DNA of 64,000 nt from the IMG/VR virus record IMGVR_UViG_3300022745_000017, positions 124,001 through 188,000 of that record; one strand, given 5' to 3'. This document shows positions 47,676 to 57,889 of the stretch, one piece after another. The translations under genes and the position numbers were made by a program. The notes below the pieces were generated by a model. That model was not told the DNA's origin and did not search any database. It saw nothing but the letters and a program-made list of their open reading frames with translations. Numbering within the stretch: the stretch's first letter is position 1; each line of letters opens with the position of its first letter.

Positions 47676-48500
47676 ATGACCATCCTCAGCGACCTCGAAA
47701 TCGACGCCTTGTGCCAAGACAAAGAAGTTACCTTTTACACCATCACTCCCAGTGGGACTGGGTTGGGGCGACAAACTCATATCAACGAGATGAGCGCCTT
47801 CTCAGCACTCTTGTCCTTTGGTTTGGATAAAACACCCTACCAAGTAGCAGCAGTGCTGCGAGCAGCTACCAAGCACGCCGAGCAGACCCCTGGTGGTACA
47901 TCCCTATACCTCTTCGACAGCTTACTCAACGAAGAGACGATCGAGCTGGAAGTGTGCCACCAACCCAACCGGCCCATGATCACACCGTTTCATAGCAAGC
48001 AGATCACCCGAGACGCTCATGACCAAAAGATCATCAGCCTGGGCCTGTCGAGCTATGGTTACGACTTGACATGTGGTGATCGCTTCAAGGTCTTCACCGA
48101 AGCATACGGTGGTCGTCTGGACGCCAAAGTCCCTAACGACAAAGCCTACGTTGAGTTTCAAGCAGGGTGCTGCGTCATCCCACCTCACGGCTTGGTGCTA
48201 GCCAATTCGGTGGAAGTGTTTGACATGCCTGCCGATGTCTTGGGTATCTGCCTGGGCAAGTCCACATATGCTCGTCTGGGTGTCGTTTGCAATACGACAC
48301 CTGCTGAGCCCGGTTGGCGCGGACACCTCACCCTGGAATTCTCCAACACCTCACCCCTACCCGTCGTCTTGCATGCTGGTGAAGGGTGCGCCCAGATGAT
48401 CTTCCTTCGTGGCAGTGCTAACGCATCTGTCACTTATGGGGATCGCGCCGGAAAGTACCAAGGCCAGGGCAATGAGCCCGTGACAGCTCGCATGAAGTAA
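47676..48500 (+). CDS. dcd: dCTP deaminase with N-terminal insertion
   Basis: ISLGLSSYGYDL, GKSTYARLG, TPAEPGWRGHLTLEFSN, Y.DR.GKYQGQ. Confidence 0.93.
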   Translation: MTILSDLEIDALCQDKEVTFYTITPSGTGLGRQTHINEMSAFSALLSFGLDKTPYQVAAVLRAATKHAEQTPGGTSLYLFDSLLNEETIELEVCHQPNRPMITPFHSKQITRDAHDQKIISLGLSSYGYDLTCGDRFKVFTEAYGGRLDAKVPNDKAYVEFQAGCCVIPPHGLVLANSVEVFDMPADVLGICLGKSTYARLGVVCNTTPAEPGWRGHLTLEFSNTSPLPVVLHAGEGCAQMIFLRGSANASVTYGDRAGKYQGQGNEPVTARMK

Positions 48501-48566
48501 GCCCACTCTTATAGGGCTATCGAATAAAAAGATAGCTCTATATCACCCCCGAAGAAAGGACATCTC

Positions 48567-48824
48567 ATGGCTATTGACCTTGATCGATCTCAAGAGATAC
48601 TTGAGTTATCTCAAGGTTTTGTAAGACGCTCCCAAGAGTGCTCACATCACTTGAAATTCATACGTGGGTTGAAACAAACCAGTAGAGAAGAAATTGATGC
48701 ATACAGGAGGAAGCGGTCTAAGTTCGACCGCATAGTAGCGGAGCTACGCCTTATGCATGGTGGGCATAAACCTGTCGACGAAAGCCGTGTTAACGAACTG
48801 CGTCAACTCTACCGGGACTCATGA
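48567..48824 (+). CDS. hypothetical protein
   Basis: AAGGA SD. Confidence 0.65.
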   Translation: MAIDLDRSQEILELSQGFVRRSQECSHHLKFIRGLKQTSREEIDAYRRKRSKFDRIVAELRLMHGGHKPVDESRVNELRQLYRDS

Positions 48825-48833
48825 AAGGCAAAC

Positions 48834-49235
48834 ATGTCGTACACAGATAAGCAAGCAGCTTTGCTTGACCAGACCAGCGAAGTCCTCGGCCCATTTGCCA
48901 GACCTTGGTTGGTGAAGATAGATCAGGCTTGGGATGGTCGAATCAATTCCAGTTTGCAAGAAGCCATATTGGACGTGTTTGGCTTAAAGCGCAGCCAGAT
49001 GCAAGACCGTGAGTTATTCGAGGTCACCAGCACTGCTGGCTTTGCTGTCAAGGCAGCCAAGTACATCCTCAAAAACACGCATGGTATCGACTGTTACAAA
49101 GGCTGGCTACCACCCATGCCTATACCCCTGGACAAGCCGTTGACGCTTTTCCAAGTCAATGTATTGTCTTACTGGATCATCAGTGTGGTTAAGACACCTC
49201 GCTGGAAATGGCCCAAACTCCCTAAAACCCCCTGA
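48834..49235 (+). CDS. hypothetical protein
   Basis: AAGG SD; hairpin after stop. Confidence 0.75.
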   Translation: MSYTDKQAALLDQTSEVLGPFARPWLVKIDQAWDGRINSSLQEAILDVFGLKRSQMQDRELFEVTSTAGFAVKAAKYILKNTHGIDCYKGWLPPMPIPLDKPLTLFQVNVLSYWIISVVKTPRWKWPKLPKTP

Positions 49236-49303
49236 TCACTAGCTCTGGACGAATAAACGTCCAGAGCTAGTGTACCCCTTAACTCACCGAAAGAAAGACC
49301 ATC

Positions 49304-50737
49304 ATGAAAGACAAACAAGGCTATAGCTTCTCCAAGGTTATTGCAGACATTCAAGACAGCCAAAGTCGTTACCCTCACGCTCAACTCTTCAAACAAGACG
49401 AGATTGACATTGCCTCACCTTTGCGAGATTATGTGCGCAATGGCCTTTTCAAGGACGGCTTCTTACATGTGCCCGGTTTGATGAAGCAGTTTCAAAGGTG
49501 CCCACCTACCATGCTAGTGGGACAAATCGCTCAGTTGTGCGAGCTGGAGGCTAATCGTGGAAAATATGGCCCTTTGCTCACGCTATGTGACCCAGACGCC
49601 AGTAAGACGATCATCGAGCACTTGAATTTTCTCTACGGTGTGTTTCCTAGCGCTATGGCGTTCATCGAAGCCAACGCAGACCAGATCAAGTACGACTTCG
49701 TTGCAAAGGACTTTTTGGAATGGGCCTGGATGCATGCGCTCAGTGCGACATCTTCCCCTACTACTTATTTACAGTTCGTAAGGTGGGTCGAGGCTACCCT
49801 GGTGGCTGTTTTACAGTACCTGCGCGACATCACCCCAGAAGCAGATCAGTGCTTGCCAATCGTGCCCGCGCGTAGCGTGGCCGCAGATCGCACCAAAGCA
49901 CCGTGGTATCCAGGCTATGTTAGACTGTCACGCAACGGCCAAATGTCGCGCGATCTCTATTACCATTGCTTAGCTGTCGTAGGCAAAAAGTGTGAGGAGG
50001 TCTATCACGAAGTGCATCGAATTGCCGAGGAAGTATCCAACGCTCATATTCGCAAACCAGCCCTTGCGACGTACACTTTTGATCCGGCAGAAATCAGCAC
50101 AGCGTCAGCGGAGATCGCCGGGTTTAATTGCCTGACGAACTACTTCCGCTCGTACTACACTGCACCCCTACCAAAAGGAGTCAGGATTGAGTCATTGATA
50201 CAGTCTGGTAACTGGGTACTCCAATTTGCTCCAGATGAGTGCGTAGCCGTAACCGTTAAGAAGCCATTCACAGTCCAAGGACTTGTCTCCTATGAAGGCA
50301 ATGTGATTGACTTGAGCAAAGACACGGAGATGCGCAACCAGTTCTGGGAACACTTTTTCGATTACAACGAAGGTACTGTTTGGCGCATGAGTGACCTCCT
50401 CAAACATTCTTTGGTTGCGTTCCCTACCTCTGTGGACATACACCAGTTCCGTGACTACATCAGCTTGTCCAGTACTTCAGGCAAGTGTGTCATAGACAGC
50501 ATCACCTCTGCTCAGACTGTGTTTAAATCCAGTGCCTTGGCAGCAGATCACGATGGAGATTTCTGCCGATCGATGTCAAAGAAGGAGATCAAGGCCAAGA
50601 CACCCCCACCTCGTGTTAAGGAGCGTTATCGTCAGCTGACCAAACAGCTCAACTGGATGAATGCTCACAACATCCAACCACCAAGCAAAATGATTGATGA
50701 GATGGAGCGCATCTGTCACGCCTACTTGGTCGCCTGA
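49304..50737 (+). CDS. hypothetical protein
   Basis: 477-aa ORF. Confidence 0.85.
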   Translation: MKDKQGYSFSKVIADIQDSQSRYPHAQLFKQDEIDIASPLRDYVRNGLFKDGFLHVPGLMKQFQRCPPTMLVGQIAQLCELEANRGKYGPLLTLCDPDASKTIIEHLNFLYGVFPSAMAFIEANADQIKYDFVAKDFLEWAWMHALSATSSPTTYLQFVRWVEATLVAVLQYLRDITPEADQCLPIVPARSVAADRTKAPWYPGYVRLSRNGQMSRDLYYHCLAVVGKKCEEVYHEVHRIAEEVSNAHIRKPALATYTFDPAEISTASAEIAGFNCLTNYFRSYYTAPLPKGVRIESLIQSGNWVLQFAPDECVAVTVKKPFTVQGLVSYEGNVIDLSKDTEMRNQFWEHFFDYNEGTVWRMSDLLKHSLVAFPTSVDIHQFRDYISLSSTSGKCVIDSITSAQTVFKSSALAADHDGDFCRSMSKKEIKAKTPPPRVKERYRQLTKQLNWMNAHNIQPPSKMIDEMERICHAYLVA

Positions 50738-50780
50738 TTAACTATAGGTGGGCGTAACAGCCCACCCACTAGGAAACGCC

Positions 50781-51146
50781 ATGAACAAACAAATACCAGA
50801 TCACACACCCTACACCACAATACCTTACTCGAAAGACAACTGGCGGCATGTGCGACTGTCTCAAGCATTTGCAAAGCCAACCATCCCAGAAGTCTTGAGT
50901 GAGATTAAGCAGCTGGTCGCTGTAGAAAACGATTTACCAGACGGTGAGTTAGACCAGCTCACTAAAACAGTGTTCGACATCGTTAGTCAAAATACCTTAT
51001 TGCTCAACCTATTGGCCGCTTTACGACCAGCTACTGTGGCCTGGCCGACCATCGAACTGGCGCCAGATAAGACTCGCTGGGAGCTGGTTAAACCACCTAA
51101 GCCTGAGTTTAAAATCACCATGCCTGATATAGGAGATAAGAAATGA
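50781..51146 (+). CDS. hypothetical protein
   Basis: AGGA SD before ATG 50781. Confidence 0.7.
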   Translation: MNKQIPDHTPYTTIPYSKDNWRHVRLSQAFAKPTIPEVLSEIKQLVAVENDLPDGELDQLTKTVFDIVSQNTLLLNLLAALRPATVAWPTIELAPDKTRWELVKPPKPEFKITMPDIGDKK

Positions 51147-51745
51147 CATCCTTGAAAGAAATCACCCTCAGTGTTGAACAAAACGGCATCAGTATCTCTT
51201 GCCAGCACAAGAAGTACTTGATCGATTGGCAGTCACTCGTCAGCATCTCACTATGCCTGATCACTACGGGCCTTGGGGACTTAGATGAACTGCCGAGTAA
51301 ACTAAACGCTGATAGCGTCAACCTGATAAAAGACATTGAGCGCGGCATCCCGTCTGAAAGCGCTAAACTGGTCAAACAAACTACACCAGCTTTCTTTGAA
51401 AACGATAGCCAGATTGCATTTTTCTGGACTTACAACGGCTCGCTCATGAAGGTGCGCCTGCATCAGCAAGTCATCGTTTACTTATCTGGCCTCGATGCTT
51501 ATTGGCGCAATGTCGATCCGATTTGCTTCGATCGTTATGACCGTCAAGAGGTGTTTAAGCGCCTAGAGCGGATCTTCAATGCCAAGACTGAATACCTTGG
51601 CTTATGTGGAAAAGAGACGGTCGAGGAGATAATTCAGCGCTTCTTGTACCACGCACAATCCTATCATCATAAACGGAATGATCCTCTCACCATGGAGTCG
51701 CTGAAGAACCAAGCTTTCTTGGCTGCTTTCGCCTCACACTTCTAA
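51143..51745 (+). CDS. hypothetical protein
   Basis: AGGAG SD, ATGA overlap. Confidence 0.75.
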   Translation: MTSLKEITLSVEQNGISISCQHKKYLIDWQSLVSISLCLITTGLGDLDELPSKLNADSVNLIKDIERGIPSESAKLVKQTTPAFFENDSQIAFFWTYNGSLMKVRLHQQVIVYLSGLDAYWRNVDPICFDRYDRQEVFKRLERIFNAKTEYLGLCGKETVEEIIQRFLYHAQSYHHKRNDPLTMESLKNQAFLAAFASHF

Positions 51746-51769
51746 ACCAACACCTCTATTAACGGCATA

Positions 51770-51826
51770 CGCAGACTGGTGGGATTACCCCACCAGTCTG
51801 CGCAGTGTTTTCTTTTTTTTTCTTTC
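51770..51826. terminator. terminator between convergent transcription units
   Basis: CGCAGACTGGTGGG..CCCACCAGTCTGCG + long T-tract. Confidence 0.8.
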
Positions 51827-52594
51827 TCACCAATTCAAGGGAACGGGTGGCTTGCCAAGACTCAATAAAGAAGCTGTGAGACTCTTAAACTCATTGTACT
51901 CAGCCTCAGAGACTTCGGTGAATTCATAGATCTCCTTGTCCTTGGCATTACACCCAACCATGCTTGACACCCCGAGGTTATCAAACTTAGCCTTGATGCG
52001 GTAAAAGCCTTTGGGCTTAGCTTCACCTTCGTCGAGAAACGGCAAGCCCTCAGCGTAGTCGTGCTCCAGGTAAAACTCAGCAACCATCAGAGGATCACTC
52101 TTAGCGCGAGGAGCAATCTCTAAGGACGTACAAAACAGCTTACCGATGGCTGTAGACTTGTACGTCGCAGTCGCTTTGTTGTAAGCCACGAGCCACACTT
52201 CACCCGTAGCTTCAGACTCCCAGAGCAACTTCTTGTTGATGGTAATAGCGTAGTTGAACGGGATGGTCTGTACGATGTAGCCGCCGTGGTAGCCAGTGAC
52301 CTTGGTCGTACTTTTTCCCATGCTATTATAGATATCGTCTTTCCAGCGATTGTATCCAATTACACACCCCATCAGACTGCGTCCCATGCAGATGCGTGGC
52401 GTCGAAGCGTTTTCAATTACCTCATCTTTGGCGGCGGTGTAAGGCAGTCGCGGGATGTAGACCTTTTGCACTTCCTTGTCAATGCGAAACAAGTGCTTGA
52501 TGCCAAGGTCTTCAGGTGTAACGATCTTGGCATTCTTTCTCACTAGAGGTGATTGCAATTGCATCCAGTGGTCGATCTCTTCTAACTCAGTCAT
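51827..52594 (-). CDS. phiKZ-like conserved protein (probable virion protein)
   Basis: TPRIC...SL.GC..G, TGEVWLV.Y motifs; ends P...W. Confidence 0.7.
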   Translation of the reverse strand: MTELEEIDHWMQLQSPLVRKNAKIVTPEDLGIKHLFRIDKEVQKVYIPRLPYTAAKDEVIENASTPRICMGRSLMGCVIGYNRWKDDIYNSMGKSTTKVTGYHGGYIVQTIPFNYAITINKKLLWESEATGEVWLVAYNKATATYKSTAIGKLFCTSLEIAPRAKSDPLMVAEFYLEHDYAEGLPFLDEGEAKPKGFYRIKAKFDNLGVSSMVGCNAKDKEIYEFTEVSEAEYNEFKSLTASLLSLGKPPVPLNW

Positions 52595-52905
52595 TTCTTA
52601 TCTCCTTTAGCCAAAGCCTTTTCTTTCCAATGCTTGCTTAGATTCACACAGGCCTTCTCACAGGTATCGAACTTCTTGCAACACGCGCTACAAGGCTCTA
52701 ACAGCTCTACAGGCTGTATCCCTAGTGTCTTGGCAATCGTCACCATCTCCGGCAGTGTTACAGGCGCTAAGCGCCCTTTCTCGATCTCCACCAACCGAGT
52801 AACTGTCATGCGCGACTTAGCTCGAAAATCAAGTACCGACATGCGAGCAGCTTTTCGCACTTTGTTGACGTTCTCACCAAAGCCTTTTGCAGATAGAGAA
52901 TCCAT
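52591..52905 (-). CDS. XRE/Cro-type helix-turn-helix protein with Cys-rich tail
   Basis: FGENV.K.RK...MS, IEKG, IAKTLGI.P.ELL. Confidence 0.8.
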   Translation of the reverse strand: MDSLSAKGFGENVNKVRKAARMSVLDFRAKSRMTVTRLVEIEKGRLAPVTLPEMVTIAKTLGIQPVELLEPCSACCKKFDTCEKACVNLSKHWKEKALAKGDKK

Positions 52906-52911
52906 TTTGTT

Positions 52912-53193
52912 TTACTCCTTGATCAGTGAGTAACCACTATCGATGTTGGCCGCAGGACTAAAGGACTCGTAGTTGTCCTCATAGATCACGTAATACCCAC
53001 CTGCAACAGGTTTGTGTTTTTCCAGGTAAGCTGAGGTCACCGTGATGATCACGGGCTCCTTATCGGGATCGACATTTTCCAGCGTCATGTAGTTAGACAG
53101 TGGCCCCATCTCAATAAAGAGAATCTTGGCAGCTTTGACCTTCTTGTGACACTGGTAGGTAGGCAACTCGGAGTTGGTAAAAGTGTTCTTCAT
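52912..53193 (-). CDS. conserved phage protein (GGYYV.YEDxYxSxSP type)
   Basis: YQCHK.V.A.KI ... HKPVAGGYYVIYEDNYESFSP. Confidence 0.75.
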   Translation of the reverse strand: MKNTFTNSELPTYQCHKKVKAAKILFIEMGPLSNYMTLENVDPDKEPVIITVTSAYLEKHKPVAGGYYVIYEDNYESFSPAANIDSGYSLIKE

Positions 53194-53213
53194 GATGGAG
53201 GTATCCTTTTCAG

Positions 53214-54737
53214 TTATGCAAATTCATCTTCGAGGTCATCAGTGGTTTGACCAGCCATGAGACCCACGCGTGCTACATTTGAGCGCTCTTTGCCGTGATC
53301 GCTTGGAATTGGGCCTGTCGGTGGGAAAGGGTAAACAATGTATTTTTGATCTTCGGGGATCTCGTCATAGCCACGGTGTTTGCCGCGCAGCAGAGTGAGC
53401 CAAGCTGACCCGCCTTTGCGCTCAATGTGGATGTACATCTCACCGTCGACCTCATTGTCCACTGCCTTACACATCTGGTACATGCCCTTGCCTTCGACTT
53501 GTTTGACGAAGTCAGTGACCCCTTCACGAATGAGGTTTTTGGCATCACTACTCAATTGATGCGGCGTAAACATGATGATGTCTTTAGAGGAGCAAAGGTT
53601 GCGAACCTTCTTGTAGAGCTCCTGGATGAACTTGCTGGTATTGGGCTCACCGTGAGGAATCGGTAGCATCGAGAGATAGTCTAGCGCCAAGACATGGACT
53701 TCATATCCATCAGCTTCATACTTAGCGATCTGATCAGCAATGTCTCGGTATGACCACCCCGACGGGTTGACCCGCATGAACTGTACATGGTAGCCTGTCG
53801 CCTTGAGATTTTTCTGTACATAGGCAGCCATCTGCTTGGCTGTGAAATTCTTCAAGTTGGCATTCTTGCCATACTCGCACATCCAGAAGTACTTGAACAA
53901 AAAGCGAAAGTTATTGACCAAGCTATCTTCAAACGAGATACGCAGCATCAAGGGCTTTTTAGTCGGATCTTTGAGGACAGGTGTGTTGATCCGGCACATC
54001 TCAGCAAACACTGATAGACTAAAGCCAGTCTTATAGCGGTGCTGTAGCGCAGGGAACACCCAACTCTCGCCTTTGCGCATTCCGCCTTGCATAGCGTCAT
54101 CTACAGCCTGAAAGCCAGTCTGCATGACAAAGCGAGAGCTACTGGAGTCTGTAACTGTTTCGTAAATCTCTTCAAACAGTTGTAGATCATCCAGACCAAC
54201 CGAAGCGACGACATTGGGGTCGGCCTTATTGTCTTTGAGCAAATGCGGCTCTAGCTTGGACTCAATCTCGTTGGCGATGTATTTGCCGACATCGTCGATC
54301 GAATCGCGCTTAAACCGCAACTGATGGGCCATCTTCTGCACGATGTCAATCATCTCAGCATCATTGAACTGCGCACGAATGTAGTTCTTGATGCTGATAG
54401 CTGTCTTCTTGATTTGCTCCTGTGTCAAATCGGTATCGATGACTTGACAAAAGCTCTCATAGAGCCTGTCATCGTTACCACAGTTAACTTGTAGACGCTG
54501 GAGCAAATCGATCTTATCATGCTCAACACCGACAGGTGACTCAACCATGTACAGCGCGGTCTCTTTGAGCGCAATCAACAACTCTTTCTCGTTGTCAATC
54601 GTCATCACTGTCTCAGGCAATTTGATCGAGTTGATTGCCTTGCGAACCATATCCGCAGAGTTATCAGTCGCTCCAGTGATATGACTCTCAAGATACAAAA
54701 GAGTAATGCTCTTAACCAGCAGAATGCGTGAGTCCAT
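53214..54737 (-). CDS. dnaB: DnaB-like replicative helicase (phiKZ gp118-like)
   Basis: QTGFQ.V..AMQGG.R.GE, atypical Walker A ALQHRYKT, LDYL, HQLS, RGKHRG; divergent from capsid gene. Confidence 0.85.
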   Translation of the reverse strand: MDSRILLVKSITLLYLESHITGATDNSADMVRKAINSIKLPETVMTIDNEKELLIALKETALYMVESPVGVEHDKIDLLQRLQVNCGNDDRLYESFCQVIDTDLTQEQIKKTAISIKNYIRAQFNDAEMIDIVQKMAHQLRFKRDSIDDVGKYIANEIESKLEPHLLKDNKADPNVVASVGLDDLQLFEEIYETVTDSSSSRFVMQTGFQAVDDAMQGGMRKGESWVFPALQHRYKTGFSLSVFAEMCRINTPVLKDPTKKPLMLRISFEDSLVNNFRFLFKYFWMCEYGKNANLKNFTAKQMAAYVQKNLKATGYHVQFMRVNPSGWSYRDIADQIAKYEADGYEVHVLALDYLSMLPIPHGEPNTSKFIQELYKKVRNLCSSKDIIMFTPHQLSSDAKNLIREGVTDFVKQVEGKGMYQMCKAVDNEVDGEMYIHIERKGGSAWLTLLRGKHRGYDEIPEDQKYIVYPFPPTGPIPSDHGKERSNVARVGLMAGQTTDDLEDEFA

Positions 54738-54889
54738 GGCGTTTGACTTGCTATGATTTTCAAAGGTTGGTAGGGATTGACTCAGGAGTCAGACATAGTA
54801 TCAAAGAGCGTTTTCAAATGTAAAAGGTAGGTGTGTTATTTTTCTTTTGATATGTTATGTTTATTGCTTTTAGCCTAGGGGTGAGCCCT

Positions 54890-55435
54890 ATGTGCGAGCT
54901 AAATAGTCCCATTTACACACATGAGGGTTCCATGTACGCCCCTGAAAAAAGAGTGAGTTTGATTCCGTCTTGGGTTTGGCGAGCGGTGCAACGCAGTGGC
55001 CTGCCAGCTGAGAGCTTGCATGACTGGAATGCCATGAAGTCACGACTATCTCAAGAAGACCTCGCTAGCTTGGTCTCCATCATGGATCAGCAAAACCGAA
55101 TCCTTGGCACACTCTACGCGACCGACTTGGCCATCGAGCCTTATGAGTATCTGAGAGAAGAGTTGTTCGATGCTGTTCGCTTGAACATGCCTTCTTTCTT
55201 GACACGTTTATTTGACGCCCCACCCGAAGGAGATATCCCTTATGAAATCAAAGACCTGGTCACCGAATATTGGACAGTGATTATCTACCCTGGTCATTTC
55301 TCCCCAAACCTGAGCAAAACCAACACTTTCAACCTCTGCCGAGAGCTCTGCATCAAGGAGTATAACCGCAGTGATTTTGAAAGTGCCGCAAAAAAAGATT
55401 TTTTCAACACATACCTGTACGGTTTAACTGTATAA
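54890..55435 (+). CDS. conserved protein between helicase and capsid genes (gp119-like position)
   Basis: ORF; synteny with phiKZ-like core block. Confidence 0.7.
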   Translation: MCELNSPIYTHEGSMYAPEKRVSLIPSWVWRAVQRSGLPAESLHDWNAMKSRLSQEDLASLVSIMDQQNRILGTLYATDLAIEPYEYLREELFDAVRLNMPSFLTRLFDAPPEGDIPYEIKDLVTEYWTVIIYPGHFSPNLSKTNTFNLCRELCIKEYNRSDFESAAKKDFFNTYLYGLTV

Positions 55436-55572
55436 ATGCTGTGACGACATTTGTGCACTCGCTGGCCCACCAGTTTGTTGTACAGAAGTCGTGTGAAAAA
55501 GCTTTTTCATCGGTTTGATCGACCACAACTTCGGCGTCTGCCTTTCACACTTTTCTTTTTGAGGATACAAAA

Positions 55573-57750
55573 ATGTCCGTCTCTGACATCCTGTTTTCCG
55601 GCGCTTTGCCGGAAGCCAAGCAACTGCCCGTGCAGCAAATCATCGGCGCTGTCGCGCAGTTGAACTCTGGCCGTCCAGCCTATGGGCGTGAGCTCGCTGA
55701 AAAGACCTTCACCATGGAAGGTATGCGGGAATCCGACACCGCTGCGCTGAAGTCCGGCGTCGACAGCCTGCTGGTGCGCCTCAAGCGTGAGTTGCCCACC
55801 GCCTCGACTGCCTCGCTCAAGGCCGCTGCCTACGCCCATGCCCATAGCGAAGCCCCCACCGCTGCGGTGAAGAACCAAGGCCGAACCCTGGCGCAAGTAC
55901 GCTCGGTGTTTGCTGCTGATGAAAACACCTTGGTGGTTTCCGCTGAAGGCATGTCCGACACCCTGGACGCCCGCTCCAGCGAGTGGCAGCTCGAAGCCTT
56001 CCAAGAGACCGAAAACACCCGTGTGCAGCAATACTCGGTGGCCTACAACCTACTGGCCAGCCGTCAAGACCTGTTCGGCGAAACCCTCTACCCCACGGTG
56101 GTGGTGGCTCCCGAGCACTATGGCTACATGGTGTCGATCAACCTGGCGATCGTTCAAGACGACGTGCGCCGCCAAACCACTGGTGCACTGGCACTGTTCA
56201 ACCGCAAAAACGTGGCATGGGCTTACACCGATGCCAACATCCTGCAAGATGAATCGACCCGCTGCGTGCCCGTGTACCGCGATGACACCGTGGACAACAG
56301 CGACAAGTTCCTGGACGCCATCGGTGTGCAGACCGTCAAGGTCGGCAACGAGATGGTGAACACCAAGCCGCTGCTGTGTGGCGTGGAACACGATCTGCTG
56401 GGCCTGAGCCAAACCAACGCCATGCTGGCGCTGGGTGAATCCGGCGTGGAAGACGATCTGGACTCATCGATCCGACTGAGCAAGATCTACGTGAAGCTGC
56501 ACTCCGGCAACACCACAGAGTACTTCTCCTTCCCCACCGACAAGCTCCCGTTCAACGACTTCAGCGGCGCGACGCAGGCCAACAGCCGCAAGATGACCCT
56601 GAACTTCGAAACCTCGGCTCTGAAGTTTGTGGCTGGTCAAAAGACCGTCGCCGGCACCACCAGTGCCCTGCTGTCCGCCCTGACCGACCGCGTCGTGCAC
56701 ATGAAGGTGGACATCTTCGGCAAGGTGACCCTGGACACCGCAACCACTGTGGTGAACCCCGCCAAGCTGACCGTCGCCTCCATCACCGCCACCGACAAGT
56801 CGCAAGTGGCTGACCCCAACATCGTGGCTGCTCTCGCCTCTGCTGAAGTGGTGGGTTACGATCTGTTGGCTTGGCGTACCAACGCGGCCCGTCGTCAACG
56901 CGGCAAGCTGCTGGACTCGCAAACCGTGAACATGCTCTACACGGTGCCTCTGCTGAGCCCGCTGTCGACCCTGCGCCCGGTTGGCAAGAACGATGCCGAA
57001 GACGCTGCCAAGGTGTCCGTGCTGATCAACGCCACCCACGTCAAGACCAGCAACGCTGCCGTGACTTCGGTGCTGGATCTGCGCGAAACCCTGGCCACCT
57101 ACGCTTCGTCGGTGGACACCTTCGGCAACTCGCCGGTGGTGCTGGGCGCTGCCTCCTACGTGCTCAAGCCGTTCTACGACAACATCGGCGCGTTCAACGT
57201 CGCCACGAATGTTGACTCGCTGACTTCGTCGGCCCGCATCGCTGACTTGCAAACGCTGCTGATCAACAAGATCCGTGACTCGGCCGCTCGCATGGCCTAC
57301 AACAGCGGTTACTTGAACGCGCTGCGTCTGCAATACAACGGCGTGCCGCCCAAGATCGTGGTGATCATCGCCACCGACCCGATCATCGAGCGCTACCTCA
57401 CCATCAACGGTGACCCGCGTCTGGCTGGTGATCAGTTCGACTACAAGATCGTCAGCTCGCTGGACAGCCGCATGTTCGGCCGTGTGCTGATCACCTTGGG
57501 CCTGGAAGAAGCCATGACCAGCGGTGCGCCCAACTGGCTGCACTTCGGCAACATGGCCTGGAAGCCCGAGTTGACTGTGGTGATGCCGATGGTGCGCAAC
57601 AACGCCAACGTGGTGGAACTGACGGTGCAACCTTGCTTCCGTCACATCAACAACCTGCCCCTGATGGTCGAAATGACCGTGACTGGCATCGAGTCCATCA
57701 TCGGTGGCAAGGTGAGCATGAACGTCAACAACACGGTCATCACGCCGTAA
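55573..57750 (+). CDS. major capsid protein (phiKZ gp120-like)
   Basis: YNL.ASRQD.FGE.LYPT.VV, RTN..RRQRG, L.FGNM.WKPE, VQP.F.H..NLP; extreme codon bias; synteny. Confidence 0.9.
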   Translation: MSVSDILFSGALPEAKQLPVQQIIGAVAQLNSGRPAYGRELAEKTFTMEGMRESDTAALKSGVDSLLVRLKRELPTASTASLKAAAYAHAHSEAPTAAVKNQGRTLAQVRSVFAADENTLVVSAEGMSDTLDARSSEWQLEAFQETENTRVQQYSVAYNLLASRQDLFGETLYPTVVVAPEHYGYMVSINLAIVQDDVRRQTTGALALFNRKNVAWAYTDANILQDESTRCVPVYRDDTVDNSDKFLDAIGVQTVKVGNEMVNTKPLLCGVEHDLLGLSQTNAMLALGESGVEDDLDSSIRLSKIYVKLHSGNTTEYFSFPTDKLPFNDFSGATQANSRKMTLNFETSALKFVAGQKTVAGTTSALLSALTDRVVHMKVDIFGKVTLDTATTVVNPAKLTVASITATDKSQVADPNIVAALASAEVVGYDLLAWRTNAARRQRGKLLDSQTVNMLYTVPLLSPLSTLRPVGKNDAEDAAKVSVLINATHVKTSNAAVTSVLDLRETLATYASSVDTFGNSPVVLGAASYVLKPFYDNIGAFNVATNVDSLTSSARIADLQTLLINKIRDSAARMAYNSGYLNALRLQYNGVPPKIVVIIATDPIIERYLTINGDPRLAGDQFDYKIVSSLDSRMFGRVLITLGLEEAMTSGAPNWLHFGNMAWKPELTVVMPMVRNNANVVELTVQPCFRHINNLPLMVEMTVTGIESIIGGKVSMNVNNTVITP

Positions 57751-57838
57751 GACAGTCTCAGACAAGTCTTGGTTGGTGTAGGGTGATTTGGTTAGCCACC
57801 AGTAACTCGAACCAACCAAGACTCTAGACAAATGTCAT

Positions 57839-57889
57839 TACTCAGCAACTACCTACTTGGCGGTGAGGCCAGTAGGTAGTTGCTGAGTA
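57839..57889 (+). terminator. long hairpin after capsid gene
   Basis: TACTCAGCAACTACCTACT..AGTAGGTAGTTGCTGAGTA. Confidence 0.65.

Noticed and set aside
30810-54900. phiKZ-type late promoters (TATG) upstream of the helicase, fibre and capsid-block genes
   Set aside because: TATG is present in those intergenic regions, but a 4-nt motif cannot be distinguished from chance without TSS data
56464-57831. 455-aa minus-strand ORF and other ORFs overlapping the capsid gene
   Set aside because: Antisense shadow of the strongly codon-biased capsid gene; no SD or recognisable motifs
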